The notes under the pieces are model-generated. The model did not search any database. It was given only the letters and a program-made list of their open reading frames with translations, and had not been told where the DNA came from. Below are positions 45,190-56,651 of a DNA stretch of 64,000 nt, piece by piece. The position numbers and the translations under genes are program-made. The stretch spans positions 3,296,001-3,360,000 of the forward strand of contig NZ_JAQNDL010000001.1 of assembly GCF_028368995.1 (NCBI RefSeq). The letters are read 5' to 3'. This DNA is from Nannocystis bainbridge (GTDB taxonomy: Bacteria; Myxococcota_A; Polyangia; Nannocystales; Nannocystaceae). Each line of letters begins with the position of its first letter. Position 1 is the first letter of the stretch.

Positions 45190-45343
45190 TTCCCCGGCAC
45201 CTTACCGGAAACCCCCGCCAGCGTCCCGCCGGGCCCGACCGGCGGCTGGCGCGGAAACGAGCCGCCCGCAGCCGTCACATGCCCGAAAGGACATGTCGCA
45301 AAAGCCATACGGACACGCGTTCGCCGACGCGCGTCGTCACGGC

Positions 45344-46939
45344 TCAGTCGGCGAGCTTCAGCGTCACCTCGACCTGCGCACCGTCCGGGGCCTGCACACG
45401 CAGCTCGCCGCGGTCCCGGTCGAGCGTCCAGCATGCGCCCTCCGGGCCGGTCCGCGTCGCCAGTTCGATGTCGAGCGACGCGCCGTCGAACCGGCGCGGC
45501 GGCAGGGCGATCTCGCTGACCCCGCCGTCCGCGGTCCAGCTCGCCGTGACCGTCGTCTGGTCCCACGCGAACGCGCTGTCCGAGCCGGCCACCGCGCGCA
45601 GGTACGGGCGGACGAACACGTCGAGCGAGTCGCGCTCGCTGCCGTCGGCCGCGAGCACCGACAGGTCCTCCGCGTTCCAGTCGACCTCGTTCTGCGAGCA
45701 CTCCCACAGCGTGGCCGACAGCCGGCGCGCGTCCATGCGGTCGAGCGCGCGGGCCAACCACTCCTCCGCGCCCGGCGCCCCGTGCCCGTAGCCGAACTCG
45801 CCGATCAGCACGCCCAGCCCCTCCGCTGCCGCGAAGTCGGCGACGTCGTCGAGGTACGGCTCCGGCATCATCCCGATCGAGGGCAGCCCCTTCACCAGCC
45901 CCGCGTCGTACATGTGCGCGGCGTACACGAGCCCCGAGCCCTCGGGCCGCACGTGCTCGACCGGCTGGAACCCGACCGCGTCGGTGCCCGGGTTGTCGAA
46001 CAGGATCAGCAGCTCGTCGCCGGCCAGCGCCCGCAGCTGGGCCACCGCCTCGGTGTGGAACGGATTGAGGACCTCGTGCTTCCACGCCGGCACGTCGTTC
46101 GCGGTGCCCGAGCCCGGCTCGTTGACGATCTCGAGCCCGACCACCCCGGGGTGGTCGCCGATGCGCGCGATCATCTGGCCCCACATCGCGAAGAACTTGG
46201 CGTGCAGCTCGTCCTCGTCGGCCCAGAAGCGGTCGAACGCGGACCGCACGTCGCCGTCGAGCACGTACTTGAGGCCCCAGTCGGCGTCCGGGCACTCGTG
46301 CGGCGCTGGCATCGGGTCTTGCTGCAACGTCCACGGCGGGAAGCCGTCGCCGCAGAACGTCGACGTGTACACGTCCTGATGGAAATCGACCACGACCCGC
46401 AGCCCGTGGGCCCACGCCGCGTCGACCATCGCCGCGTAGCGGTCGAGGTAGCGCGCGTCGTACTCGCCCGGCGCTGGCTCGAGCGCCTCCCACGAGAACA
46501 GCAGCCGCACCACGTTGATGCCCCAGCTCGGCAGCCGGGCGAAGAACTGCTCCGCCTCGGCGGCGAACCCCGCCGGATCGATCTCCGCCGCGATCGGGAA
46601 CGGCACGAACGGCGCCCACTTCGAGCGCCCGCCGGTGTTGACCCCGCGCAGCAGCACATCGCGCCCGTGCTCGTCGAGCATCCGCCCGCTCGGATCGAGG
46701 CTCACGCGCCCGCTGGTCAACAGCACAGGTTCGATCGGGCTCGTGCACTCGCCCGGGAGCAGCGGCGCCCCCGTGGTCGTCGGCGCCGCCGTCGAGGTCC
46801 CGGTCGGCTCGGTCGGCGCCGTCGCCTCCGTCCCCGCGGTCCCCGTCGTCGTCGTCGTCGCCTCGCTCGCGCCGGTGCTCGGAGACGGATCTCCGCCGCA
46901 GCCGATCGCCGCCGTCAACAGTACAAGCGCTCTGCGCAT
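45344..46939 (-). CDS. GH5 endoglycoceramidase-like lipoprotein
   Basis: Lipobox 'AIGC'; 'LLRGVN', 'NVVRLLFSWEALEP', 'DFHQD', 'NEP' acid/base, 'GEFG' nucleophile, 'RPY'. Confidence 0.85.
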   Translation of the reverse strand: MRRALVLLTAAIGCGGDPSPSTGASEATTTTTGTAGTEATAPTEPTGTSTAAPTTTGAPLLPGECTSPIEPVLLTSGRVSLDPSGRMLDEHGRDVLLRGVNTGGRSKWAPFVPFPIAAEIDPAGFAAEAEQFFARLPSWGINVVRLLFSWEALEPAPGEYDARYLDRYAAMVDAAWAHGLRVVVDFHQDVYTSTFCGDGFPPWTLQQDPMPAPHECPDADWGLKYVLDGDVRSAFDRFWADEDELHAKFFAMWGQMIARIGDHPGVVGLEIVNEPGSGTANDVPAWKHEVLNPFHTEAVAQLRALAGDELLILFDNPGTDAVGFQPVEHVRPEGSGLVYAAHMYDAGLVKGLPSIGMMPEPYLDDVADFAAAEGLGVLIGEFGYGHGAPGAEEWLARALDRMDARRLSATLWECSQNEVDWNAEDLSVLAADGSERDSLDVFVRPYLRAVAGSDSAFAWDQTTVTASWTADGGVSEIALPPRRFDGASLDIELATRTGPEGACWTLDRDRGELRVQAPDGAQVEVTLKLAD

Positions 46940-47010
46940 GCCGCATCGTAGGCGGTCCCGGCGGTCCTCGCTCGCCCGCCCGCGGGCGATCTCGAAGTCT
47001 CTGCGAGTGA

Positions 47011-48432
<1,422 letters not shown>

Positions 48433-48438
48433 GCCGCC

Positions 48439-48541
48439 TGTCCGATCGGGCCTGCCCGATCGCGCATGTTCTGAGGGGCATGTCCGCGAGGACATGCCCC
48501 TTCGCGCACGCCCGCGAGGCCATGTCTATTAAATCATGTCC
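48439..48541. repeat. Degenerate tandem TGTC-N6-GACA array between eno and the LysR gene
   Basis: TGTTctgaggGGCA TGTCcgcgagGACA TGCC...TGTCtattaaATCA TGTC, 14-bp period. Confidence 0.7.
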
Positions 48542-49465
48542 TCACCCGCGCGGCCGGTTGGCCGCGCGGAAGAAGTCGAGGAAGCAGCGCAGCTTGACCG
48601 GCATGTGCGCGCGGTTCGGGTAATAGAACGAGAACCCCGGGAACTCGGCGCAGTGCCGCTGCAGCACGTGGACCAGCCGCTTCTCGGCCAGCGGCGCGCG
48701 CACCAGCCCGGCGAACACCTGCGCCAGCCCGAGCCCGGCGGTCGCCGCCTCGGCGATCGCCACCATGTCGTTGAGGATGATGCGGCCGTCGACGTCGAGC
48801 TCGACCTCGTCCTCGCCGGTACCGAGCCACCAGCGCAGCAGCCGGCCGCTGGTGACGAAGCGCAGGCGGATGCAGTCGTGGTCGAGCAGGTCGCGCGGCG
48901 CGGTCGGCCGCGGCCGGCTGGCGAAATACTCCGGCGCGCCGACGACCACCAGCCGCTGCGGCCCGCCGAGCGGCGCCGTGATCATGTCGCGCGGGATGGC
49001 CTCGCCGAGGCGGATGCCGACGTCGAAGCCCTCGCCGACGACCTCGCTGAGCCCGTCGCTGAGCCCGAACTCGAGCCGGACGTGCGGGTGTTCGCGGCCG
49101 AAGCGGGCCAGGTGCGGGGCGATGAACAGCGTGTACGTGACCCGCGACAGCGCCACCCGGACCAGCCCGCGCGGCGCCTCGCCCTCGCCCTCGAGCGCCT
49201 CGCAGGCCTCGTGAAGCTGCGCCAGCCCGGGCGCGATCCCGGCGAGGAAGCGCGCCCCCGCATCGGTCGGGCTCACGCTGCGGGTCGTGCGGCGCAGCAG
49301 GAGCACCCCGAGGTGGCGCTCGAGCTTGCGCACCGTCTGCGACAGCGCCGACGTCGACACCCCCAGCTCGTCGGCCGCGCGGGTGAAGCTGCAGTGCCGC
49401 GCGACGCACTCGAAGGCCGCGATCGCCGGCAGGTCGGTCGGCTTGATCGTGAAGCGCCGGTTCAT
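48542..49465 (-). CDS. LysR family transcriptional regulator
   Basis: 'SFTRAADELGVSTSALSQTVRKLE..LGV.LLRRTTRSVSPTDAG', 'GFDVGIRLG'. Confidence 0.93.
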   Translation of the reverse strand: MNRRFTIKPTDLPAIAAFECVARHCSFTRAADELGVSTSALSQTVRKLERHLGVLLLRRTTRSVSPTDAGARFLAGIAPGLAQLHEACEALEGEGEAPRGLVRVALSRVTYTLFIAPHLARFGREHPHVRLEFGLSDGLSEVVGEGFDVGIRLGEAIPRDMITAPLGGPQRLVVVGAPEYFASRPRPTAPRDLLDHDCIRLRFVTSGRLLRWWLGTGEDEVELDVDGRIILNDMVAIAEAATAGLGLAQVFAGLVRAPLAEKRLVHVLQRHCAEFPGFSFYYPNRAHMPVKLRCFLDFFRAANRPRG

Positions 49466-49719
49466 GGCCCCGGGATGATAAGGCCGTTTCTCTTCACGCG
49501 GTCCGGGTCCTTCCACGTGTCTGGCAACCAGACGCGCCGCGCTGCCCGCAGGTCCGACGCCAGTCCGGCGGCCCGTGGCCCGCAGCCGGCGAAAAAACAC
49601 CGGTCCGACCAATCGTTCGCGGTTCGGCGGGGACTACTTCGAAGCGTCCCTCGCAAGCGCCGCACGACGGCGCGCTTCGACGATCTTCCCCTCCGGCCCA
49701 GCGCCGCTCCGGAGTCGAC

Positions 49720-50565
49720 ATGCGCATTGTGCTCAACGCGTTCGTGGTACTGACATTGGCCTCCCTCGGCTGCGATCTCGCCGACGAGCCCGACGCCGCG
49801 GGCCTCGACGCCGCCGAGGCGCTCGACTCGCTCGGCAGGCCGCTCGGCCCGCTGTCCCGCAGCATCGTCGAGGCCAACGCCGACCGCGACCACACCATGC
49901 GCCTGCTGGCCCGCGTCGAAGTCCAGCCCGACGAGCTGCTCGAGATCTACGCACCATCGCCCGGCGAGCTCGTGATCGCCAGCGCCGGAGCCCCGGCCAG
50001 CGGTCCGAAGTTCGGCCCCGACGCGCTCGCCGGCCGCTCGCTGTCGGCCGTGTGGGCCGACGCGGCCGCCGACGCGCCGATGCCCCCGGCCCTGGCCGAG
50101 GTCGCGCAGGCCCTCGGCGACCAGCCGCTCGGCGCCCGACGCGGCGACCTGCCGCTCGCCGCCGCGCCGGCCCCCTCGCCCGCGCTCTCGGGCTATTGCG
50201 ACACGACCTTTTACAAACAGGCGGAGTCGGCCTGCGAGGTCGGCGGCGGCCTCGACACCGACTTCAAGCTCTGCCTCGACCACGCGACCAGCGCCAACGG
50301 ATGGGTCGACGACGCCTTCCAGACCCGCGGCACGGTCTGTCCCAACCGCGGCGACGTGGTCCTGCGCCTGAAGACGGGCTCGGGCGGCGACGGCTCGTGG
50401 TTCGTCAAGCACAACACCCATCAATCGTTCGTCTACACCAATTACGGCTGCATCGTGGACGACCCCGCCGACGAAGCCTTGGGCTGCAAGTGGGTCAACG
50501 TCTGGGTCGACGCCGGCGGCACGCGCCGGTTCCACTTCCGCATGGTCGCCGACGTCGAGGAGTGA
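49720..50565 (+). CDS. Hypothetical Cys-rich lipoprotein
   Basis: GGAG RBS, lipobox 'SLGC', six further Cys in the C-terminal half. Confidence 0.7.
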   Translation: MRIVLNAFVVLTLASLGCDLADEPDAAGLDAAEALDSLGRPLGPLSRSIVEANADRDHTMRLLARVEVQPDELLEIYAPSPGELVIASAGAPASGPKFGPDALAGRSLSAVWADAAADAPMPPALAEVAQALGDQPLGARRGDLPLAAAPAPSPALSGYCDTTFYKQAESACEVGGGLDTDFKLCLDHATSANGWVDDAFQTRGTVCPNRGDVVLRLKTGSGGDGSWFVKHNTHQSFVYTNYGCIVDDPADEALGCKWVNVWVDAGGTRRFHFRMVADVEE

Positions 50566-50685
50566 CAGCGCGCCCAACAACATGGCCTCATGGACATGTC
50601 TTTAAAAACATGTCCATGAGGCCATAAAGACCGCCTCCGGCCGCGCATGCTTGTCTCCCCGCCCGACGGCGATCATGCTGCCCGC

Positions 50686-51495
50686 ATGTGGACCCGCCGG
50701 GCCGTCGCGCGCCTCGTCTTGCCGCTGGGCGCCTGGCTCGCCTGCGGCGGCCGCGAGCGGGCCCGGCCGTTGCGGCTGGCCGCCACCTCCAGCGTCCACG
50801 ACAGCGGCCTGCTCGCGGTCCTCGGCCCGGCCTTCTCGGCCGCGCACGGCCGCCCGCTCGAGGTCCTCGCCGTCGGCTCGCGGCGGGCCATCGACCTGCT
50901 CGCCACCGGTCGGGCCGACGTCGCCCTCACCCACAGCCCGGTCGAGGAGGCCCAGGCCCTGGCGAGCGGGCGGATCGGCGGGCGCACCCCGGTCATGCGC
51001 AACGCCTACGTGCTCGTCGGCCCGGTCGAGTACGCCGGCATCGTCGCCGGCGCGGCCGACATGCGCGGCGCCCTGCGGGCCGTCGCCGGCTCCGGCCGCC
51101 GCTTCGTCTCGCGCGGCGACGACTCCGGCACCTACCAGCGCGAGCTGCAGCTGTGGGCCGCCGCCGGCATCCCGGGCGAGAGCGCCTTCATCCTCCCGTT
51201 CCAGGGCAGCATGGCCGAGGCGCTGCGCCAGGCCGCGCGCGAGCACGCCTTCACCCTCAGCGACCGTGCCACCTTCCTCGCCCGCCGCGGCGATCTCGGG
51301 CTCGCCATCCTGTTTCAGGGCGGCTCCGACCTCGACAACGTCCACGCCGTGCTCGAGCCCGCTCCGGAGCGCGGCGGCGACATCGAGGGCGCGCGCGCCT
51401 TCGCCGAATTCCTGCGCTCCCCTGCCGGCCGGCGCCTGATCGGCGGCTTCGGCGTCGACACCCTCGGCGAGCCGCTGTTCACTCCGGTCCAGTGA
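50686..51495 (+). CDS. TupA-like tungstate/oxyanion ABC transporter substrate-binding protein
   Basis: 'RLAATSSVHDSGLL', 'FVSRGDDSGT', 'TLSDRATF'. Confidence 0.8.
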   Translation: MWTRRAVARLVLPLGAWLACGGRERARPLRLAATSSVHDSGLLAVLGPAFSAAHGRPLEVLAVGSRRAIDLLATGRADVALTHSPVEEAQALASGRIGGRTPVMRNAYVLVGPVEYAGIVAGAADMRGALRAVAGSGRRFVSRGDDSGTYQRELQLWAAAGIPGESAFILPFQGSMAEALRQAAREHAFTLSDRATFLARRGDLGLAILFQGGSDLDNVHAVLEPAPERGGDIEGARAFAEFLRSPAGRRLIGGFGVDTLGEPLFTPVQ

Positions 51496-51574
51496 GGGCC
51501 GACAGGCGCCCCGGGCCGGCCCGAGGCGAACAGATCCTTGCCCTCCTCGGCGCCAGCGGATACCACCATCCAGC

Positions 51575-52933
51575 ATGCTCGTCCCTCGCCGCCCCCGCGC
51601 CCTCGGCGCGGCGCTCGCCCTGCTCGGGCTCGGCGTCGGTGAGCCCTCGGCCCGCGCCGCCCCGGCCGCTCCGGCCCCTGCGCCTGCCCCCGCTGCGACC
51701 CAGCCCGCGCCGGCCCCCGCCGAACCTGCCCCCAAGGACAGCCCGGCCGCCGACACCGTCCTCGACATCGTCCTGCCGAGCGGCCTGCGCGTGCTCGCGG
51801 CCCGCGATCTCAGCCTCCCGGTCGCCGCCGTCGTGCTCGCCGTCGAGACCGGCAGCGAGGACGACCCGCCCGAGCATCCGGGCCTGATGCACGCCCTCGC
51901 CTACCACCTCCACCAGGGCAACCGCGAGCTGCGCCCCGGCGAGGCGATCGCCGCCGCCCAGGACGCCGGCGGCGTGCACCTCCTGGCCACCGGCGCCGGC
52001 CAGACCCGGTTCGAGTCGCTGGTCCCGATCTCCCGCCTCGACGAGGTCCTGTTCGCCGAATCGCAGCGCCTGCGCTTCCCCACCGTCGACAAGCGCCGCT
52101 GGGACATCAGCCTCGGCTGGGCCGGCAGCGACGCCCGCAGCCCCGCCGGCATGCGCCCGGCCGACCTCGCCGCCCTGCACGGCGCCCCCGGCCTCGGCCA
52201 CGACGGCCGCGCCGTCGACCGCTCGCTCGCCGACATCACCCCGGCGGCCCTCGCCGCGGTCCTGGCGGCCAAGTTCAACTACGCCCGCGCCACCTTGATC
52301 GTCGTCGCCCCCGAGCCGCCGGAGACGATCCTCGAGCAGGTCCGCGCGCGCTTCCAGGACCTGCCCCCGGCCACCCGCGCCTTGCCGGTCCGCTCGCCGC
52401 CGCCGGCGAGGGCCGCCCTCCCGACCGCCCCGCCTGCCGCTTCCGGCAAGCCGCCGCTGTTCGCCTGGCCGATCCCGGCCGACGGCGCCGCTTCGGCCTG
52501 GGCCGGGGCGATCTGCCGCGCCCTCAACCGCCAGAAGCCGGCCGCTGAGGAGCCCCGCAAGTCGCGGATCGGCTGCGACTTCGACCCCGACCCGCGCCGC
52601 GCTGCCCTGGTGATGCGGGCCGTCGGCACCGAGGACCCGGCCGGCTTGTTGCGCGCCCGCCTGGCCCGCCTCGGCGGCCCCGACGCGCCGCTGCTCACCG
52701 CCCAGGCCCAGTTCATGGCCCAGGCGACCCGCCTCTACGCCCGCACCGCGCTCGGCCTGGCCCGCCTGCTGGCCGGCTCGCCGGCGCGCTACCCCGGACC
52801 TGTCCCGGTGGACAGCCCGGTGCCCCGCCGCCGCGACGACCTGCTCGGCCTCACCAGCCTCGCCGGTCGCCCCGGCCTCAACCTCACCGTCGAGGACGCG
52901 CTCCTCCTCGGCGCCGCGGAGCCCAAGCCGTGA
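51575..52933 (+). CDS. M16 (insulinase)-like protein, zinc motif degenerate
   Basis: 'LPSGLRVL', 'GSEDDP..HPGLMHALAYHL', 'ES.RL'; HxxEH replaced by HALAY. Confidence 0.7.
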   Translation: MLVPRRPRALGAALALLGLGVGEPSARAAPAAPAPAPAPAATQPAPAPAEPAPKDSPAADTVLDIVLPSGLRVLAARDLSLPVAAVVLAVETGSEDDPPEHPGLMHALAYHLHQGNRELRPGEAIAAAQDAGGVHLLATGAGQTRFESLVPISRLDEVLFAESQRLRFPTVDKRRWDISLGWAGSDARSPAGMRPADLAALHGAPGLGHDGRAVDRSLADITPAALAAVLAAKFNYARATLIVVAPEPPETILEQVRARFQDLPPATRALPVRSPPPARAALPTAPPAASGKPPLFAWPIPADGAASAWAGAICRALNRQKPAAEEPRKSRIGCDFDPDPRRAALVMRAVGTEDPAGLLRARLARLGGPDAPLLTAQAQFMAQATRLYARTALGLARLLAGSPARYPGPVPVDSPVPRRRDDLLGLTSLAGRPGLNLTVEDALLLGAAEPKP

Positions 52934-54474
52934 CCCGACGCCCCCGGCTGCCCGCCTGCCTGCTGAGCGGCCTGCTCCTGTCTCTCGGGGCAGGTTGCAA
53001 GCGCAAGGACACCGTCAAGGTCGAGATCTTCGACGACGCCCCGCCGCCGGCGCTGACCGAGGCGCTCGGCGCCCTGGCCCCGCCCTGGCCCGCGCCCGAG
53101 CGGGTCGTGCTCGCCGACGGCCTCCTGGTCCACTGGCTGCGCGAGGAGGGCACCCCCGCGGTCCACCTGCGCCTGGTCTTTCCGACCGGCGACCTCAAGC
53201 CCGCGCTCCAGGGCGCGCCGGCGTTGATCGCCGCCCGCAGCGTCGCCCTCGAGCTCGAGGCCCTGGCGGCCCGCCTGTCGCTGCGGGTCGAGTTCACCCC
53301 GCGCGCCGGTCGCTACGAGGTCTCCGTGCACGGCGTCGACGCCGAGCTCCCGGCGATCCTCGCCGGCCTCGGCGACATCTTCTCCGCCCCCGCGCTCGAG
53401 GGCCCGCTGGTGCGCGCCCGCAAGCAGGTCGCCCACGACCTGCGCCCGCCCGACGCCGAAGCCCGCGCGCTCGGGGCCCTCACCACCCGCCTGCTCGGTG
53501 ACGTCGCGGCCGGCGAGCTCATCACCGCCAACGCCGTGCAAGAGGCCTCCGAGACCGCCTTGCGCGACGCCTGGGAGGCCCTCACCGACCCGCGCAGCGC
53601 CCTCTTGATCGTGCACGCCGGCGACACCCTCGCCGGCCACGACGGCGGCCTGTCCGACCTGGCCGGCCGCTGGAAGCCGCGGACCAAGCTGCTCGCCGCC
53701 CGCGGCCCCGCCGAGGAGGCGCTGGTGCGCCTGCGCCAGGGCCCGCGCCCGGCCGCCCCGCCGGCTCTTCACCTCAAGCGCCCGCCGATCGCCCCGCTCG
53801 AGCGCGTCGACCCGCCGCCCCCCAGCACGACCCGCAGCAGCCGCAGCCTGCTGGTCCTCGGCCGCTCGCTGCCCCTCGCCAGCGTGCGCGACCGGAGCCT
53901 CGCCCGCCTGGTCCAGCGCCACCTGCAGGCCGAGCTCGACATCCGCCTCAGCATCACCGGCGACGTCGGCCTCTTCACGATCCACGTGCCGCTCGGCGCC
54001 GCCGGACGCGGCAAGCCGGCCACCGACCCGCTCGAGGAGGTCGAGGCCGCCGACGAGGCCGCCGACCCCTCCGAGGCCGACCCGCTGAACCGCCGCCTCC
54101 GCCGCGAGCTCACCGTCATCCGCGACTACCTGCGCGAGCGCCCCCTCGCCCAGGACCTCATCGGCGCCGCCCAGCTGTGGCTCGGCGCGCGCATGGTCGC
54201 CGCCAGCGTCGACGGCGAGGACTGGACCGCGCTGTGGAGCGAGGCCCTCGACCTCTCCGTCGCCGACGGCGAGATCGTCGCCGCCCTCGCCCGCGACGCC
54301 GAGACCATGCTCGCCGCCACCCCCGACGAGGCCGCCGCCTTCATCACCCGCTGGCTCGACCTCGAGAAGAGCGAGCCCGGCTGGGCCTGGGTCGCGGTCG
54401 GCAGCGAAGCCGACCTCAAGGGCATCATCGCCGCCGAGAGCAAGGGCATCCAGTTCGACCCACCGCCCGAGTGA
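52930..54474 (+). CDS. M16-like partner lipoprotein
   Basis: GTGA overlap; lipobox 'GAGC'; 'LADGLLVHWLREEGTPAVHLRLV' M16 N-terminal pattern. Confidence 0.6.
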   Translation: MTRRPRLPACLLSGLLLSLGAGCKRKDTVKVEIFDDAPPPALTEALGALAPPWPAPERVVLADGLLVHWLREEGTPAVHLRLVFPTGDLKPALQGAPALIAARSVALELEALAARLSLRVEFTPRAGRYEVSVHGVDAELPAILAGLGDIFSAPALEGPLVRARKQVAHDLRPPDAEARALGALTTRLLGDVAAGELITANAVQEASETALRDAWEALTDPRSALLIVHAGDTLAGHDGGLSDLAGRWKPRTKLLAARGPAEEALVRLRQGPRPAAPPALHLKRPPIAPLERVDPPPPSTTRSSRSLLVLGRSLPLASVRDRSLARLVQRHLQAELDIRLSITGDVGLFTIHVPLGAAGRGKPATDPLEEVEAADEAADPSEADPLNRRLRRELTVIRDYLRERPLAQDLIGAAQLWLGARMVAASVDGEDWTALWSEALDLSVADGEIVAALARDAETMLAATPDEAAAFITRWLDLEKSEPGWAWVAVGSEADLKGIIAAESKGIQFDPPPE

Positions 54475-54945
54475 CGCGCCTGTCCCGAAGGACAGCCCCG
54501 TCACCGGCGACGAGCCCAACCCGCAGCACAGCCCGCCTCGAGTGACGCGCCCTCCTTCGGGAGAGCCTCCCTCCGAGTGACGAGCCCACCCCGCAGGACA
54601 GCCCGCCCCGAGTGACGCGCCCTCCTTCGGGAGAGCCTGCCTCCGAGTGACGAGCCCATCCCGAAGCACTGCCTGCCTCCGAGTGACGAGCCCATCCCGC
54701 AGCACTGCCCGCCTCGAGTGACGCGCCCTCCTTCGGGAGAGCCTCCCTCCGAGTGACGAGCCCATCCCGAAGCACTGCCCGCCTCGAGTGACCAGCTCAC
54801 CCCGCAGGACCGCGTCATCCGAGTGACCAGCCTGTCCCGAGGGACAGCCCATCCGGGTGACCAGCCTGCCGCGAGACCGCGTCACCGGGCGACGAGCCTG
54901 TCCCGAAGGACAGCCCCACCGAGTGACCAGCCCGTCCCGAGGGCT
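54468..54945. repeat. 35-bp-period tandem array (~14 units) anchored on CGAGTGAC
   Basis: CGAGTGAC or variants at 54468, ~54505, 54539, 54574, 54609, 54644, 54680, 54715, 54750, 54785, 54820, 54854, 54886, 54920. Confidence 0.88.
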
Positions 54946-55078
54946 TTGCTTCACCACTCTGTCGACGACTCCGCAGCGCCGAGCCTGTCCGTCAGGGCGT
55001 CTCGATCCACCGCCTGTTCTCCCCGCCGAACATGCCCCTCGGTGCATTCATCATACCGAAGAATGCACCGAGCTCGGC

Positions 55079-55522
55079 TCACTGCGGCTTCGGCAGCCCC
55101 AGGGTGCCCTCGCAGCCCCACCGCCCCCCGCACGACTCGTCGACGGCGCAGTACCGGGTCAACGGCTCGAGCGCGGCCGTGATGTCCGTGACCTCGCAAC
55201 GGCTCCGGGCGCACACGGCGAGGCCGGCGGAGTCGTCGGACATACAACCGAGCACGCAGCTGCACGAGCGGTCGTCGTCGCAGGCCTGGACCCCGTCGCA
55301 GCAGGAGCTCCGCAGGCACGAGCGGCACTCCGAGTCGTCCTCCTCCGGCTCGCACTCGTTGCCCGGCTCCCAGTCGTCGTTGTCGTCGTCTTCGTCGTCT
55401 TCGTCGTTGTCGTCGTCTTCGTCGGTCTCGCCGCCGCCCGACGGCCCCAGATCGCAGTCTTGAATGAAAGGAATGGCGAACACCAGGCTCGCCGCGAGGA
55501 CGCTCGTAGATTGAAATAGCAT
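55079..55522 (-). CDS. Small secreted acidic Cys-rich protein
   Basis: Hydrophobic N-terminus, Asp/Glu tract, 'CRSCLRSSCC...C...CSCVLGC' cluster; AGGAG upstream. Confidence 0.65.
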   Translation of the reverse strand: MLFQSTSVLAASLVFAIPFIQDCDLGPSGGGETDEDDDNDEDDEDDDNDDWEPGNECEPEEDDSECRSCLRSSCCDGVQACDDDRSCSCVLGCMSDDSAGLAVCARSRCEVTDITAALEPLTRYCAVDESCGGRWGCEGTLGLPKPQ

Positions 55523-55622
55523 GACTCTCTCTTCTCCTCGACGCTGAGCCGGGTCGGGCCGTACGTCCGTCCGCCCCCGTCGTCGTGTGAAACTCTGCTG
55601 CACACCGCGGTACCGTCAATCG

Positions 55623-55640
55623 CCGAATGTTGACATTCGG
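55623..55640. promoter_or_regulatory. Perfect palindrome, candidate operator
   Basis: CCGAATGT-TG-ACATTCGG about 100 bp upstream of ATG 55522; contains TTGACA. Confidence 0.4.
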
Positions 55641-56071
55641 CACACGGTCGCATCTGTGACGCACCCCCCTGATCCGCGACCGCCCGGCGAGCGTGCGCTG
55701 CAGAACACCGGTCCGCAGGCGATCGCCAGCCCGCCCCAGCCCGCTCCGGAGCGCCCGCCTGCCCCGCCGCGCGCCAAAAGTGCCACCCGCCACACTCACG
55801 CCCGCGATCTGGCCCACGCGCTCACCCGCCTCACCGTGTTCACGTCCCCCACATCCATTGCCGGCCCGCGCGTGCGTGCGGCTCCAGGCGCGCGCGCTCG
55901 AATCACCCGGGTCCGCGAAGCCACGGCGAGCTCGAACGCGGCCCGACACGGCAAAATCATCCGAGCGGAAGCCGCGGTGTTGCACCCCCGGCCCACGGTC
56001 GACATGACGAGAATGTGTAGAGGGGCGCCTGGCACCCGGTCTCGCGAGTTCGCGCCGCCGCGCCCCGGCAG

Positions 56072-56491
56072 TCAGTCCTCGTCGCGGGCGCCGTCGAGCC
56101 AGTCGCACGCGCTGGCCGCAGCGTCCGCCAGCTCCGGGTCGTTGTCCGAGGCGAGCGCACGAAGCTCGGGCAGCAGCGCGTCGAGCCCCTCCGCGCCGTA
56201 AGATTTCGCCTGCACGACGACGCCGATCGTGCGCGAGGGATCTTCGACGAGCTTGGTGCGCAAGACGGCCACGCCGCCCGCGCCCCACGCCACGACGAGC
56301 CTGGCGATCCGCCAAAAGACATCGCGGTACTCCGCGGCCGCCCACACGCGCCGCAGCAATTCAGCCCCACGCTCGGGCCCGAGGCCCTGTGCCACCTCCG
56401 CGAGGTGCGCCAGGCGCTGCTGATGCGCGAGCCATGCCTCGTCGGTTCGGCGCTCGGTGCTCTCCGCGAAGTCGCCCAGGAGGTCCGCCAC
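56072..56491 (-). CDS. Hypothetical helical (HEAT-like) protein
   Basis: 139-aa ORF with protein-like amphipathic helices. Confidence 0.5.
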   Translation of the reverse strand: MADLLGDFAESTERRTDEAWLAHQQRLAHLAEVAQGLGPERGAELLRRVWAAAEYRDVFWRIARLVVAWGAGGVAVLRTKLVEDPSRTIGVVVQAKSYGAEGLDALLPELRALASDNDPELADAAASACDWLDGARDED

Positions 56492-56651
56492 GGCAAAAAG
56501 TCTAGCCCGGCGCGACGCCGATCGGCAGCGCCCCTATCGGAGGAGGCCACCTCCCCCTCGCCCCCCGATCGGTCCGTCCCCAGCCTCGCCGCCCACCCCG
56601 AGAGCCCACTTCACTCCCGGCGCCGCGGACCAAGCCGCCCCGCAGCGATCG

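Noticed and set aside
54468-54945. Possible CRISPR array
   Set aside because: The units repeat along their whole length and there are no unique spacers; it is a tandem/mosaic repeat.
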